Source of the DNA: the human T2T-CHM13v2.0 reference genome, Homo sapiens
NCBI RefSeq assembly: GCF_009914755.1
Contig: NC_060931.1
Strand: one strand, 5' to 3'
Length of the DNA stretch: 64,000 nucleotides
The translations under genes and the position numbers were made by a program. The notes under the pieces were generated by a model. That model did not search any database. It was not told the origin of the DNA and saw nothing but the letters and a program-made list of their open reading frames with translations. This document shows positions 1 to 15,574 of this stretch, piece after piece (positions within the stretch are counted from its first letter, which is position 1; each line of letters starts with the position of its first letter).

Positions 1-68
1 TCCCTTCCTGATCATAACAGGGGACAGTAGACACAAATATGAAATTTTTGACAATAAAAATTAACTTT

Positions 69-352
69 GGCTGGCACAGTGGCTCATGCCTATAATCCCA
101 ACACTTTGAGAGGCTGAGGCACAAGAACTGCTTGAGCCCAGGAGTTCTATACCAGTCTGGGCAACATAGTGAGACCTTGTGTCTACTTAAAAAATTTAAA
201 AATTAGCCAGGCATGTTGGAGTGTACCTGTAAGCCCAGCTACTCAGGAAGCTGAGGCAGGAGGATCACTTGAGCCCAGGAGTTGCATGCTGCAGTGATCG
301 CACCACTTCACTCCAGCCTGGGTGACAAAGTGAGACCCTGTCTCAAAAAAAA
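69..352 (+). mobile_element. Alu (AluJ-like)
   Basis: Dimeric Alu with A-tail; flanking TSD-like aataaa(a)attaactt at ~53 and ~351. Confidence 0.9.
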
Positions 353-383
353 TAAAATTAACTTCAACATAAGAGTCACTTTG

Positions 384-677
<294 letters not shown>

Positions 678-729
678 GATTTTGTTCCTTTAAACATTGA
701 AAAGGGCAGGGGAAAGCAGCCCAAAATAA

Positions 730-1036
<307 letters not shown>

Positions 1037-1544
1037 AATTTAGAACTTCTAACTGGAAATGCATAGACAGTCGTTGGCTCACACGTCACCATGTACTCTG
1101 TGTGACATTCTACACCTGGGATCTTTCCCCCACTAAAGTATCATCCTGCTCACAGATGGCCGCCATGCTGGCTCTAACCAGCAGCAGTCACACTGCGTCT
1201 ACATCTAAGCACGCTGAGTGAGCCAGGGTGCCAATATCCCATGTTATAAAGGAAGGGAAATGATGACACAGCCAGATAAGCATGAATGCCCATCCATTAT
1301 TCATAGCCCCCTGGGAGAAAATCAAACTCCCCTGTTACCATCGCCTTCCCTGCATCCCAGTCATTCGAATTCAGAAACGCAAGCATAATAAACACAGTGC
1401 TTAGGGGAAAAGGCTGCGTGTGTTGGGTGTACTACTTGCTGTTGGAGTTTTAGTTGCTATTACTGGAAAGGAAGAGAAGGTGCGTGGGTTTGGAGATAGG
1501 CTCCAGCTTAAAGGTGCTATCTCGTGCATATTTCTTCATGTCTT

Positions 1545-1677
1545 CATGCATATTTTTCATCTCCTTATCTGTGCAATGGGGATAATGTTCCCTATATTAC
1601 ATATTATGTAAAGATTAAACATTTCTAACTGTATACAAGCATATCTCGATATCTGACACAAAAGTAGTCAATAAATA
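1545..1677 (+). mobile_element. MIR fragment
   Basis: MIR core-like 'atctgtgcaatggggataat' and 3' 'caataaat'. Confidence 0.55.
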
Positions 1678-1685
1678 CATGCTTA

Positions 1686-2029
<344 letters not shown>

Positions 2030-2674
2030 CCTCATTCTAGGTTATAACTAAGATGCCAAAAGTTCTAGCTGAAGACTGAAAATTCCAAATTTCACTTTTG
2101 AAATGTGAAAAAGCCAAATGGGTGATCTGGCTTCTTCTAGGTGGAAAACAGCAGCCAAATGCCCCCTTCTTAGTTGGTGGAATTCAAAGTGGTCTCAGTC
2201 ACCCTGGCTTCCCCAACTGGCTTACTTTTCCCAGACGCCGAAAGCCTACTTCATACTGGACTCATTCTACCAATGCTCCAAGCAGTGAGTGCTCAAAATG
2301 TGCTCCTCTGATGGAAGTTCAGATAAAGATTTTGGTTCCTGTGAGCTCACAGATCTGCAAGGGTGTGGACTTAGAAGCTTTATAAAATGAATTCCTTAAG
2401 CCCTCTTTTTTTTTTTTTTAGTATTGTATTGCATTCAAAACGAGTCCCACGGGAAAGCCTACCTCCTCTTCTCCCCAAATTTTTAGCTATTGGGGTTCTT
2501 TTAGCTTTTCCTTTGATTGCTACACACACATACACACATACACACTCGCCCCTATGCAAATGCACAAAAACTAAAAAAAAAAAAAAAAAAAAATTAGAGC
2601 ATTTAAAAACCTCTCTGACAATGCAGCATGAAATCCAAAGTAAAAACCAAAGGAGACAGCCATGCAAATCTGAC

Positions 2675-4816
2675 TGATACAGTTTGGCTCTGTGTCACCA
2701 CCCAAATCTCATCTTGAATTGTACTCCCATAATTCCCACATGTTTTGAAAGGGACCCAGTGGGAAATAATTTGAATCATGGGGGTGGTTTCCCCCATACT
2801 GTTCCCATGGTGGTGAATATGTCTCACAAGATCTGATGGTTTTATCAGGAGTTTCCACTTTAGCATCTTCCTCATTTTCTCTTGCCGCCGCCATGTAAGA
2901 AGTGCCTTTTACCTCCCACGGTGATTCTGAGGCCTCCTCAGCCATGTGGAACTGTAAGTCCAATTAAACCTCTTTTTCTTGCCAGTCCCAGGTATGTCTG
3001 TATCAGCAGCATAAAAATGGACTAATACAGTAAATTAGTACCAGTAGAGTAAAGCAACTTTGGAACTGGGTAACAGGCAGAGGTTGGAATCATTTAGAGG
3101 GCTCAGAAGAAGACAGGAAAATGTGGGAAAGTTTAGAACTTCCTAGAGACTTGTGGAATGTCTTTGACTGAAATCCTGTTAGCGATATGGACAATAAGGT
3201 CCAGGCTGAGGTGGTCTCAGATGGAGATGAGGAACTTGTTGGGAACTGGAGCAAAGGTGACTCTTGTTATGTTTTAGCAAAGAGATTGGTAGCATTTTGC
3301 CCCTGCCCTAGAGATTTGTGGAATTTTGAACTTGAAAGAGATGATTTAGGGTATCTGGTGGAAGAAATTTCTAAGCAGCAAAGCATTCAAGAGGTGACTT
3401 GGGTACTGTTAAAGGCACTCAGTGTTATAAGGGAAGCAGAGCATAAAAGTTCAGAGAATTTGCAGCCTGACAATGGGATAGAAAAGAAAAATCCATTTTC
3501 TGAGGAGAAATTCAAGCTGCCTGCAGAAATTTGCATAAGTAACGAGGAGCCCAATGTTAATCCCCAAGACAATGGAGAAAATGTCTCCAGGGCATGTCAG
3601 AGGTCTTCAGGCAGCCCTTCCCATCGCAGGCCTGGATGCCTAGGAGAAAATGGTTTTTTAGGCCTGGCCCAGGGTCCCCGTGCTGTGTGCAGCCTAGGGA
3701 TTTGGTGTACTGCATCTCTACCACTCCAGCCATGGCTGAAAGGGGACAATGTAGAGCTTGAGCCATGGCTTCAGAGGGTGCAAGCCCCCAGCTTTGGCAG
3801 CTTCCACGTGGTGGGACGCTCATGGAGAACCTCTGCTAGGGCAGTGCAGAAGGGAAATGTGGGGTCGGAGCCTCCACACAGAGTTCCTACTGGGGCACTG
3901 CCTAGTGGAGCTTTGAGAAGAGGGCCACCATCCTCCAGACCCCAGAATGGTAGATCCAACAATAGCTTGCACTACGTGCCTGGAAAAGCCACAGACACTC
4001 AACGCCAGCCTGTGAAAGCAGCTGGGAGGGTGGCTGTACCCTGCAAAGCCATAGGGGTGGAGCTGCCCAAGACCATGGGAACCCACCTCTTGCATTTGCA
4101 TGACCTGGATGTGAGACCTGGAGTCAAAGGAGATAATTTTGGAGCATTAAGATTTACTGCCCCTCTGGATTTCAGACTTGCATAGGCCCTGTAACCCCTT
4201 TGTTTTGGCCAATTTCTCCCATTTGGAATGGCTATATTTATCCAATACCTGTATCCCCATTGTATCTAGGAAGTAACTAGCTTGCTTTTGATTTTAGAGG
4301 CTCATAGGTGGAAGGGACTTACTTGCCTTGTCTCATATAAGACTTTGGACTGTGGACCTTTGGGTTAATGCTGAAATGAGTTAAGACTTTGGGGGACTGT
4401 TGGAAGGCAGGATTGATTTTGAAATGTGAGGACATGAGATTTGGAGGGGCCATGAGTGAAATGATATGGTTTGGCTCTGTGTCCCCACCCAAATCTCATC
4501 TTGAATTGTATTCCCATAATTCCCACATGTTGTGGGAGGCACCCAGTGGGAGATAATTTGAATCATGGGGGCAGTTGCCCCCATACCGTTCTCATGATAG
4601 TGAATAAGCCTCACAAGATCTGATGGTTTTATCAGGGGTTTCCGCTTTAGCATCGTCCTCATTTTATCTTGCTGCTGCCATGTAAGAAGTGCCTTTCACC
4701 TCCTGCCATGATTCTGAGGCCTCCCCAGTCATATGGAAATGTAAGTCCAATTAAACCTCTTTTTCTTCCCGGTCTTGGGTATGTTTTTATCAGCAGTATG
4801 AAAACGGACTAATACA
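2675..4816 (+). mobile_element. Full-length ERVL-MaLR provirus (THE1A-type): 5' LTR 2675-3029, internal 3030-4461, 3' LTR 4462-4816
   Basis: Two 355-bp TG...CA LTRs about 88% identical by eye; perfect 5-bp TSD CTGAC (2670-2674, 4817-4821); THE1-int internal sequence. Confidence 0.95.
3187..4185 (+). pseudogene. Remnant of the MaLR (THE1-int) internal ORF, 332 codons open
   Basis: MDNKVQAEVVSDGDEELVGNWSKGDSCYVLAKRL and SWRTSARAVQKGNVG match the recalled THE1-int ORF; the middle ~75 aa appear to be in a shifted frame; no evidence of expression. Confidence 0.7.
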
Positions 4817-5256
4817 CTGACAGAGTCAGGCACACCCCGTCCCACCCTACAAAGGAAAATGAGACATCCAGATCATCACAGTGAGCATCCCATAACCCCA
4901 TGCCCCAGAAAAGAGAATTAGACTGGTCCCACATTACTTTATCTGTAGTCACATGTTTAGTCCCATTTCCTGATTGCCTTTTCCCACAATATCCTCATTT
5001 ACCTAGCTAGTTCCTTCTGTCCTCTGACACCTAAGTCATCAGCATCATCCTCTGTCTTCTTTTCTTGCACAAACTGACCATGTCTTGGGAGCTCATGCAC
5101 ATTCATCCTCCCCACACACACAGTGATTCTCTAATCTTATCTGTGCTCAATCCCAGCACCTCACAGGGCCAAGGCTATGACTTTTCTGAATATGCTATTT
5201 GGTTATGAGACATTTCAGAATATCTATTACTAAACCAGGCAATCTTGAATGCAATC

Positions 5257-5672
5257 TATCTTAGTCCATCTGCATTGCTATGAAGGAATATCTGAGGCTG
5301 GGTAGTTTATAAAGGAAAGGGGTTTATTTGGATCATGGTTCTTCAGGCTGTACAAGAAATATGGCACCAGCGTCTGCTGCTGGAGAGGGCCTCAGGACGT
5401 TTCAAGTTATAATGGAAGGTGAAGAGGGAGCTGGCATGTTACATGCCAAGAGAGGGAGGAAGAGAAGAAATGGAGCTGCCAGACTATGTTTAACAGCCAG
5501 ATCTCTTGAAAACTAAGAGTGAGAACTCACTCAATCTCTTGAGGATGGCACCAAGCCATTCATGAGAGGCCCATGCCCACGACCCAAATACCTCCCACTA
5601 GGCCCCACCTCCAACACTGGGGACCACATTTCAACAGGATATTTGGAGAGAACAAACATCCAAAATATATCA
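5257..5672 (-). mobile_element. MaLR solo LTR (MSTB-like)
   Basis: 'cttagtccat...aaacatccaaaatatatca'; TSD caatc/caacc. Confidence 0.85.
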
Positions 5673-5917
5673 CAACCTCAATGCAGAGTTACATTTTAAT
5701 GATGTAGGAAGTTGAAAGGTCTCCTTCGGTTCACAATCAAACGGCCAGTCTTGTGATTCCCTTGCCCTGAGTGAATAAAATGCCAAGAATTTTCCTTTTA
5801 AGGCCATTCTACTTTTTTAAAAGTTTTTTTTAAAACTCTCTCCTATATTCCTGGAGGGCTGACTCACAACTTCCCTATGTCTCCTCACTCCCACCTCCCA
5901 TCACACTGGACAATTTC

Positions 5918-6546
<629 letters not shown>

Positions 6547-6740
6547 AATATTGGACAATTTCAAAGCCCCTGTTGAGATTCTTTCCAACACCCTGGCTTC
6601 AATCACCTGAAATCTCTAATTTAACACCTTTCTATTATAAGATTTTTCAACCATGTGATAATCAAACTTCATCTGGAGCTCATATCCAGGCTGAGCTCAC
6701 ACTGCCTTCACCTCTCAATCTCCCTGTCTCTCTTTTCAAC

Positions 6741-7034
6741 TTTCTTTTTTTTCAGAGACAGTCTCACTTTATCGCCCAGGCTGGAGTGCAGTGGCGTGAT
6801 CTTGGCTCACTGAAACTTCTGCCTCCTGGGTTCAAGCAATTCTCCTGTCTCAGCCTCCTGAGTAGCTAGGATTACAGACATGTCCCACCATGCCCAGCTA
6901 ATTTTTGTATTTTTAGTAGAGATGGGGTTCCACCATGTTGGCCACACTGGTCTCAAACTCCTGACTTCAGGTGACCTGCCTGCCTCAGCATCCAAAACTG
7001 CTGGGATAATAGGCATGAGCCACCGCACCCAGCC
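6741..7034 (-). mobile_element. Alu (AluS-like)
   Basis: Complete dimeric Alu. Confidence 0.9.
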
Positions 7035-7270
7035 CAAGGAATTTGCTTTTGCTGAGCATCCCCTGCCCGCTGCATAGATCCTCCATCCCTGTCATCCATT
7101 CCCACCATCCCAGGAGCATCTGAAATATAGGCCCAATAGACCTCCCTAGTGGGTTCAAGGGAATTCTTACCGAAAAGTTGTCAAAAAATTCATTTTCTTA
7201 ACAGAAACAGTGTAAGTAAGCCAATGGCTTGTGGGAGCTAGATTTTCTGAGCAATCAGAATCCTAAATTA

Positions 7271-7571
7271 GGCCGGGTGTGGGGGCTCACGCCTGTAATC
7301 CCAGCACTTTGGGAGGCCGAGGTGGGTGGATCACTTGAGGTCAGGGGTTCAAGACCAGCCTGGTCAACATGGTGAAACCCAATCTCTACTAAAAATACAA
7401 ATATTAGCCGGGCATAGTAGTGCACACCTGTAATTCCAGCTACTTAGGAGGCTGAGGCATGAGAATTGCTTGAACCTGGGAGGCGGGGGTTGTGGTCAGC
7501 CGATATCACACCACTGCACTCCAGCCTGGGTGACCAAGTGAGACTCTGTCTCAACAACAACAACAACAAAA
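7271..7571 (+). mobile_element. Alu (AluS-like) with (CAA)n tail
   Basis: Complete dimeric Alu. Confidence 0.9.
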
Positions 7572-7574
7572 CCC

Positions 7575-7735
7575 TTACCTATAGGCCGTCAGACAGTCTG
7601 AGTCTTAAACATGAGTGCTCAGTTCTCCTTGCTTGGCGTCCTGCAATAAACCCCTCACTTTCTCTTGCTGCAATCCTAAAGTCAGTGTTTGACTTTGCTG
7701 TGTTGGGCAGGCACACTCAATTTCAGTTCAGTAAC
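7575..7735 (+). mobile_element. ERV1 (MER4-group) LTR 3' portion
   Basis: 'gcaataaaccctcactttctc...gtcagtgtttgactttgctg...ttcagtaaca', typical MER4-group R/U5 end. Confidence 0.55.
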
Positions 7736-8825
7736 ACACTCATCTACACGATACTAAGCCTTGGTCTCCAAATGCCTCATTTTCTCCCTGCAACTAGCAA
7801 CCATCCATTTTCCCCTTGAAAGACAATGCCAAAAGAGAGACAATTAGGTTAAGAGCAAGAAGACACATTTATAAGTCTTTCCTTTTGTACTTCTTGTTCT
7901 TTCTAACTTAAGATGTTGTTACCCATGATTTGTGCATTGACACCCTCTGGATATAGGAAAGCTCTGAATATAGGAATGAAATAGACACTTTGATGGATGT
8001 CTTCTTATTTTTCTGTCATTCACTTAATAACGTATCTTATTCCAAGCCATAATAGCAAGCAGTTTTTAGATTGTATCTTGCAGGGGAGAAAATACGTTAT
8101 AAATGGTCTTGCTTTGCATGATCTTTTCTTTGGTGACATTTAGGAGAAAAGATACTGACTGGTAAACCTAGAAGCTGAGGAGGAGAAGGGTGTCCTTGGA
8201 TAGAATGTGGGGACAGGGAGACTAATTTGATAGTGGTTTATTTGTTTGAAATGGAAATGTGATCATTTCCTATGAAATACGTTGACCCTGCAAATTCCAT
8301 CCAGCTGCAACATTTTGTACTGACTTCAAAGATCTTTGATGTTTTCTTTATTGATATTTGTCCACTGTGAAGTGTCCTAAATTCCTGAGAACTTCCAAGA
8401 ATCAAAGAGAAATGTCAGAGGTGTTACCTTCTGGTTTTGTCTTTTTCCTTTAATTCACCGAATCAGTGTGCCTCCACTTATTGTACCAGATGCAGTGTAC
8501 AAGGTTTATTAAGATAAACTGGGGCCAAGTCTCTGTATTCAAATAACATACCCATCACAAAAAGATGGGTAGTTAGAGTTAACAATCAATGCAGAGATAG
8601 GATCACACAGCCACACAAACACAAAAGCAGAGGCATTAACTCTGAGCTGTGTTCTGCAGAGTGAGTTGGAATCTCTGGGCAAACAATGTAGTTAAAGAAA
8701 CGTTCAAGCAAAAGGAAGACTGTGCAACGGCACATGTTATATCAGAGGCTGCCATACCTGGAGGAAACAGATATACCTCAGAGAACAAGAGGCAATGGAA
8801 TTACAAGAAAAGAAACAACAGGGTA

Positions 8826-9098
8826 TTTGTTTGTTTGTTTGTTTGAGACAGAATATCTCTGTGTTGCCCAGGCTGGCGTGCAGTGGCATGATCTCTGCTC
8901 AATGTATCCGCCTCCTGGGTTCAAGCAATTCTCCAACCTCAGCCTCCCAAGTAGCTGAGACTACAGGCATGCACCACCACACCTGGCTAATTTTTGTATT
9001 TTTAGTAGAGACAGGGTTTCACCATTTTGTCCAGGCTGGTCTTGAACTCATGATCTCAAGTGATCTGCCCACCTTGACTTCCCAAAGTGCAGTGTTAC
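8826..9098 (-). mobile_element. Alu, 5'-truncated, (TTTG)n tail
   Basis: Alu body ending at 'cccaaagtgc' then an A-run. Confidence 0.88.
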
Positions 9099-9344
9099 AA
9101 AAAAAAAAAAAAAGACAAAGACTTTAATTCTGAAAACAGTACATTTAGTAAGCACTTAGTGAGCACATACTATGTCCTGCACTGTATACAAACATCTTTT
9201 GTTGATACAACTTACCTGAATGATCAAAGGCAGATTTTAGAGATAGGTGTGAACCCCAGACAACAAACCATTGTTGAGAAGTGAGTGCTGAGCTCATCTC
9301 AGCACTTATGCATTGCAAGACACTGTGGTGGGTCATAGGTCAAG

Positions 9345-9520
9345 GCTGTATAGCACAGTTTCAGGTACATAGGTCCAAATTCCAGTGTCTCTAGTTACGA
9401 GTCCTGTGACTTTGCACAAGTTATTCAACCTCTCTGTACCTCAAATTCCCCGTCTATGATTCGGAGATAGTAATGGCACCAGCCTCACTGGGTTATTAAA
9501 AAAAGATTGAATAAGCTAAT
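9345..9520 (+). mobile_element. MIR
   Basis: 'tgtgactttgcacaagttattcaacctctctgtacctcaaattcccc' MIR core. Confidence 0.7.
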
Positions 9521-9973
9521 CCATTATCTGTACATATTAGTTTGTTCACTAAATTAAAAAAATGTTATTGGAAAGCTTATCTAGTAGTGGTCCCTGCCAT
9601 CAAGTCCTTAGAATAGAGTTGTAACCTGATTCTAAATGACAGTAGCTATTCACAGATCCTAGCAAGAAAAACTGTGCTGTACCTCCAAATAAATAAACTG
9701 GCTCTAACTCTGAAATCACAGCTGCTATTGAAAACTGCTAATTCAGGGAAGCTGGTAAAAATTGGTCCTCTCTAGACCAATCTTCATTCACAATAAAAAG
9801 TAGCAATTCTGAGACTTTGCTTTGAGTAGGAAGGAGAGGAGAAGCAGAAGTTAAATTTTGCCTTTGGTCGTGGAATGTTTCCTGTGTAGGGATGAAAACA
9901 ATTTTAAATGGCTCCCTAACCCTCTCCTCATTCTGCTCTTCCTCCTAAGTTATCAAGAATTTATGACAAACTC

Positions 9974-10270
9974 GGCCAGGTGTGGTGGCTCATGCCTGTA
10001 ATCCCAGCACTTTGGGAGGCTGAGCCGGGCGGATCACTTGAGATCAGGAGTTTGAGACCAGCCTGGTCAACATGGTGAAACCCCATCTCTACTAAAAATA
10101 CAAAAATTAGTCGGGCGTGGTGGCACACACCTGTAATCCCAGCTACTCAGGAGGCTGAGGCAGGAGAATTGCTTGAACCAAGGAGTCGGAGGTTGTAGTG
10201 AACTGAGATAACCACTGCACTCCAGCCTAGGCAACACAGCAAGACCCTATCTCAAAAAAAAAAAAAAAAA
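9974..10270 (+). mobile_element. Alu (AluS-like)
   Basis: Complete Alu with A-tail. Confidence 0.9.
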
Positions 10271-10614
10271 TTAAGCCATCAGGATTTGGAGTCGCTATTT
10301 GTTTGTTGGAAGGTTAAATAATTTTTAGAAATTAAAAACTTCCTTCTCTGATTTCTTGGGCCAGGTACAAGCAAAGATAATTAAAAAATAAACAATTCCC
10401 AATACATGGTCTTACAAAACCCCTGAATCTTTGCTGGTATTACATTTTCCGTTTGTCAGTACAAAGGCTATGTTGGAGGTGTTGAACGGTTCCGCTCAAA
10501 CATTCAGCAGAGGGGACAGGATATTAATTTTCTCAGACAGACATGGTTGATGAACACCTTGAGACAAGCTTCCAGGACATGTTAAAATCTCCTGCTGTCA
10601 CTTTAAACACATCA

Positions 10615-11130
<516 letters not shown>

Positions 11131-12297
11131 AGAATTGGGAACAGGTAGGAACAGTGATGTCAAGGATAAAAGACTCATTCCAATCACTGTATCCCTCTCA
11201 GGTTAGGTACAGTTTAGGACTATTATTTAAAAAAAAAAAAAAAAGCAAGCTTTTAGCCTAGCTACCAAAGACTCAAATAGGTAGGATCTGGATATATAAC
11301 CTCACCATTATCTGTTTTAGCTTGCTTGTATTAAGTGGAAATTATACGCACTCTTTAACCCAAATTAAAAGGTTACTTGCAGTTATAGCAAGTAGAATAG
11401 CTTTGAACTTCAGCCTTCATGCAAATGAGAGATTCTTACCTCTCTCTTGCTGGGAGTTATATTTAAATACTTCTGCCTCCTATGAGCCCACAGTTATACC
11501 CTCTCTGCAGCCCCTACAGTAACAATCTCTGTAAAGCTTCCCTTTCAAAGGGTGATCCCTTACAAAACACAGAGGCACACAGACCTGAACTAAAGGATAC
11601 GTTCAATATGATTTTGACTTAGTGGCTCTGATTTTTATCTTTTGTACTGTGTAAAGAAAAAAAGGAGTAATGTTTTATCAGCAACTACGTGGGTAAGCAT
11701 ATCGTACACTTCAATTAGACTCCCTTTATCTAGCACTTCCCCCCGCCTTAAGTGAAACGCTGCCTCGTGTTTCTTCGATCCCCAGGCAGGCTGCTCAGCC
11801 CATGTTGAGGGTTCCAGTATGCTTTATTAAACAGAAAATTAATATAATGCTATTGTGTCAGCTGGCAGCTTCTTGAGAGTTAAAGACCCTGCAGATTTTT
11901 ATTACCAGAACCAAATTCTGGCTTCTGGGAGTTGGCAACATGGAGATTTTGTACAATGTGTGTTCCCCAGGGGTAAACTGTCTTAAGTCCAAGGTGAAGC
12001 TTTGGCTGCAACCACCTGATGCCAAAACAACAAGTGATTCTATGAATGGAGCCAAATACCTGGCTATTTCCTGGGCAAGAATAAAACTAGAATTATATTG
12101 TGTATAAACCCATGGGATTGGGAGATTTAAATAGTTTCCGTTTATTTACTCAATAAACATTTAATGCGTGCCCACTATGCCAGACACTGTAGGTCCCAGG
12201 CAGAAGGAAATGAGATGCAGTGTGGTCTTCAAGAAGCTCACTGTTCTGGTTGGTGAGGAAGACAAGTAACAAAAGAATTATAGTACTCTATGTGGCA

Positions 12298-12626
12298 GGC
12301 TGGGTGCAGTGGCTCACACCTGTAATCCCAGCACTTTGGGAGGCCCAGGCGGGATGAATCCTTTGAGCTCAGGAATTCAAGACCAGCCTGGCCAACATGG
12401 CAAGACCCCATCTCTACTAAAAATGCAAAATTAGCTGGGCATGATGGCACGTGCCTGTAGTCCCACCTACTTGGAGGCTGAGACACGAGAATTGCTTGAA
12501 CCCAGGAGTCCACCTCCACGGTTGCAGTGAGCTGAGATCATGCCACTGCACTCCAGCCTGATCAGCAGAACAAGACCCTGTCTCAAAACAGAAACAAAAA
12601 CAAAAACAGAAAACAAAAACACAAAA
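12298..12626 (+). mobile_element. Alu (AluS/J-like)
   Basis: Alu; TSD ctctatgtggca/ctgtatgtggca. Confidence 0.9.
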
Positions 12627-12631
12627 CTGTA

Positions 12632-13176
12632 TGTGGCAGATGCTGTTATCATTTTTCCAATATTAAATCCCATCATCCATTATTTTTGTTTTTTTTTCTA
12701 ACAGATGCCAATTGTGTTTGGGCTGGTGATGTGTCCAGCTCTGTCCTTACTTCATCAGCTTCCCTTGCAGCTAGGTGTAGGCTAATGATAGAATTTTGGA
12801 TAATAAAACATATGCAGAAGTATACTGGGGGATTCTGAGATAGCTTTTGAACTCTTAAAAATGGACAGGCATGGCCAAGGCTGCTCTACCTTCTACTTTT
12901 TGCATTGAACACAGATGTGATGCCTGGTGCAGAAGCAGCCATTCTGCAACCATGAGGTGACAAACACAGGAATGAGAGCTAACATGCAAGTAATGACAAG
13001 GCACAAGGACAAAAAGGGCCCAGCTCCCTGATGACAGCATGAGAAGCTGAATCAATGCCAGTTACTATCAAAGCCTGGGTGTTTTTGTTAAATGAAGGGA
13101 AAAAACTTTTTATTTAAGTTATTCCTCCTCCGGTTTTCTATTACTTGTATAGCCATACATATTTGTAACAGGTACT
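12632..13176 (+). mobile_element. Old MaLR LTR (MLT1J/K-like)
   Basis: 'tgtggcaga...cttcccttgcagctagg...gcagccattctgcaaccatgag...ttacttg' MLT1 motifs. Confidence 0.7.
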
Positions 13177-13229
13177 GACATAAGAGCTAACAAAGGATGT
13201 ATCTAGGTTGCATAGGAAGGTGTGGGTAA

Positions 13230-13611
<382 letters not shown>

Positions 13612-14049
13612 TGGAATGACATTTGGATCAAGTATCAGTGGAAACACAGGAGTCCTCTAGAGGGTCAAAGATGAGAAAAGCATGTTATATTCAGGGACCA
13701 GCGCATGCAAAGGCCTGATGGCATAAAAATGCAAAGCACACCAGGAGATCACAGTGGTTCAATAAGAAGGAAGTGTGAGTTGGGGAAGGAGAAGGTGTGG
13801 ATATGATGAGACGTGAGAATGGGAGAGTAGCAGATGCTGGATTATAAGCAGTTTCAAAAGTTATATTAGGAAACCAATGAAGACTTAAAGTAGGTGAGTG
13901 ATGTGACAAGTTAGAAAGCTAACTAGTTGTCATTGAAACACGTGCAAGAAAAAGAAGAGGCATTAGGAAAGTAGGTCTAGGATGATTCGTTGAAATATAA
14001 TTTTATAATTATCCACAACAATGTAAGCCCTGGGGCTAATAAGCAGTTT

Positions 14050-14260
14050 TTATAGTATTTGGGAGAGAAATAACATTTACATTTCAAGCCCTGTGCATAT
14101 GCTATTTTATTTAATCTGTATACACTGCACCAGGTTACATATTATATCGCCATTTTAGAATGAAGAGACAGTGTTGGGAGCTTAATCAATTGCCCAAATT
14201 TTCTAATTGCAGACACAAGGTCTGATTTCCAAGACCATGTCCATCTGGAGCACCACACTG
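14050..14260 (-). mobile_element. MIR
   Basis: 'cgccattttagaatgaagagacag...aattgcccaa' reverse MIR core. Confidence 0.55.
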
Positions 14261-14554
14261 CTATATATCCCCCAACCCTATAAAAAAAAAAGGTACTGTC
14301 TTCCTCCAACTGGATGAGAGTTACTGGGGGTCTTTGCAACGTTAGATGCTAACACCAATGACTCAGAGATCACAAACATACTGACCAGGAATATTCTCTC
14401 CTAACCCTAGGAACACCTAGGGGAAGAACCCAGGTAAATGGATCGTGTCAATAGGGTACAGGCAGTCATAGGCTTTGCCAAAAATAGAACTGCTGGAAAT
14501 TTTCCCTCAATAGAAACCAGAACTTTTGTCTTTTACCTTCTCAAGATAAATCAC

Positions 14555-14952
14555 TGATATAGTTTGAATGTTTGTCCTCTCCAAATCCCAGTGTTAGAGG
14601 CGGGACCTGGTGGGAGGTGTTTGGGTCATGGGGGTGGATACCTCATGAAACCTTTGATGCCCTCCCCATGCTAATGAGTGAGTTCTCACCTTGTGAGTTC
14701 ACTGGAGAGCTAGTTGTTTAAAAAGAGCCTGGTGTCTCCCTTGTTCCCTCTCTTACCATGAGACACATCTGCACATCTGCTCCCCTTCAGCTTCCACCAC
14801 GAGTAAAAGCTTCCTGAGGTCCTGACCAGAAGCAGATGCTGGGGCAGTGCTTCTGTACAGGGTGCAGAACTTTGAGCCAAACAAACCTCTTTCCTTTATA
14901 AATCACCCAGCCTCAGGTATTCTTTTATGGCAACACAAAACGGACTAAGACA
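14555..14952 (+). mobile_element. MaLR solo LTR (MSTB-like)
   Basis: tgatatagtttg...ggactaagaca; perfect 5-bp TSD ATCAC. Confidence 0.9.
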
Positions 14953-15574
14953 ATCACCTTGCAACATTTTTGTAAATAACACTATTCACTATAAACATTC
15001 TTAGTAATTTTCCTCAATAGCCAGGCACTGTTCTAAGTGCCTGACATGCATTAGCTCATTTAATCAATGACAACATCACATGGGAAAACTTCCAGAGTAG
15101 GATTTTTATGTTTCACGTTAAACCGTGTAGAGGCTGCCAATGTAGAGTGGTATCCACAGGGGGAAGGGAGGGAGCCCGCTGCCACCTGCTTCCTGCTATT
15201 TAAAACCACTACAACTAGGGCTGAAAATGCATATTCCTTAAGGGCAGAGCCTCTGGAGAGAGGAACAGCAGCTGAGACTGGCAGGAAGAGAAGCAGGTAG
15301 AAAGGGAAAACAATGAACATTTATCAGGACATATTATATGCTTGAGATGGAGCTGGGTTCATTGAAAGCCTATATGAAATGGATTGAACACTAACAACCC
15401 CTGAGCTAATGCTATCAAGAGGGTTGTTTAATGGCACTACCCAGGAAGAATCATGGCAGTTTTGTTTCTGCGCAGCGAGGAAATCCATTTTCACTTAGGA
15501 CATCAACCAGGAAGTTCCACAGTCAGCCGAATGGAATAAAGCATGACTCCCACAGCCCATCTGGGCAGAACGGA

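Noticed and set aside
2765-2780. DUX4 sites in the MaLR LTRs
   Set aside because: THE1A LTRs read taatttgaatca (extra base), THE1C reads taatggaatca and MSTA reads tgatccaatca; none matches TAAYYYAATCA exactly, so no claim is made
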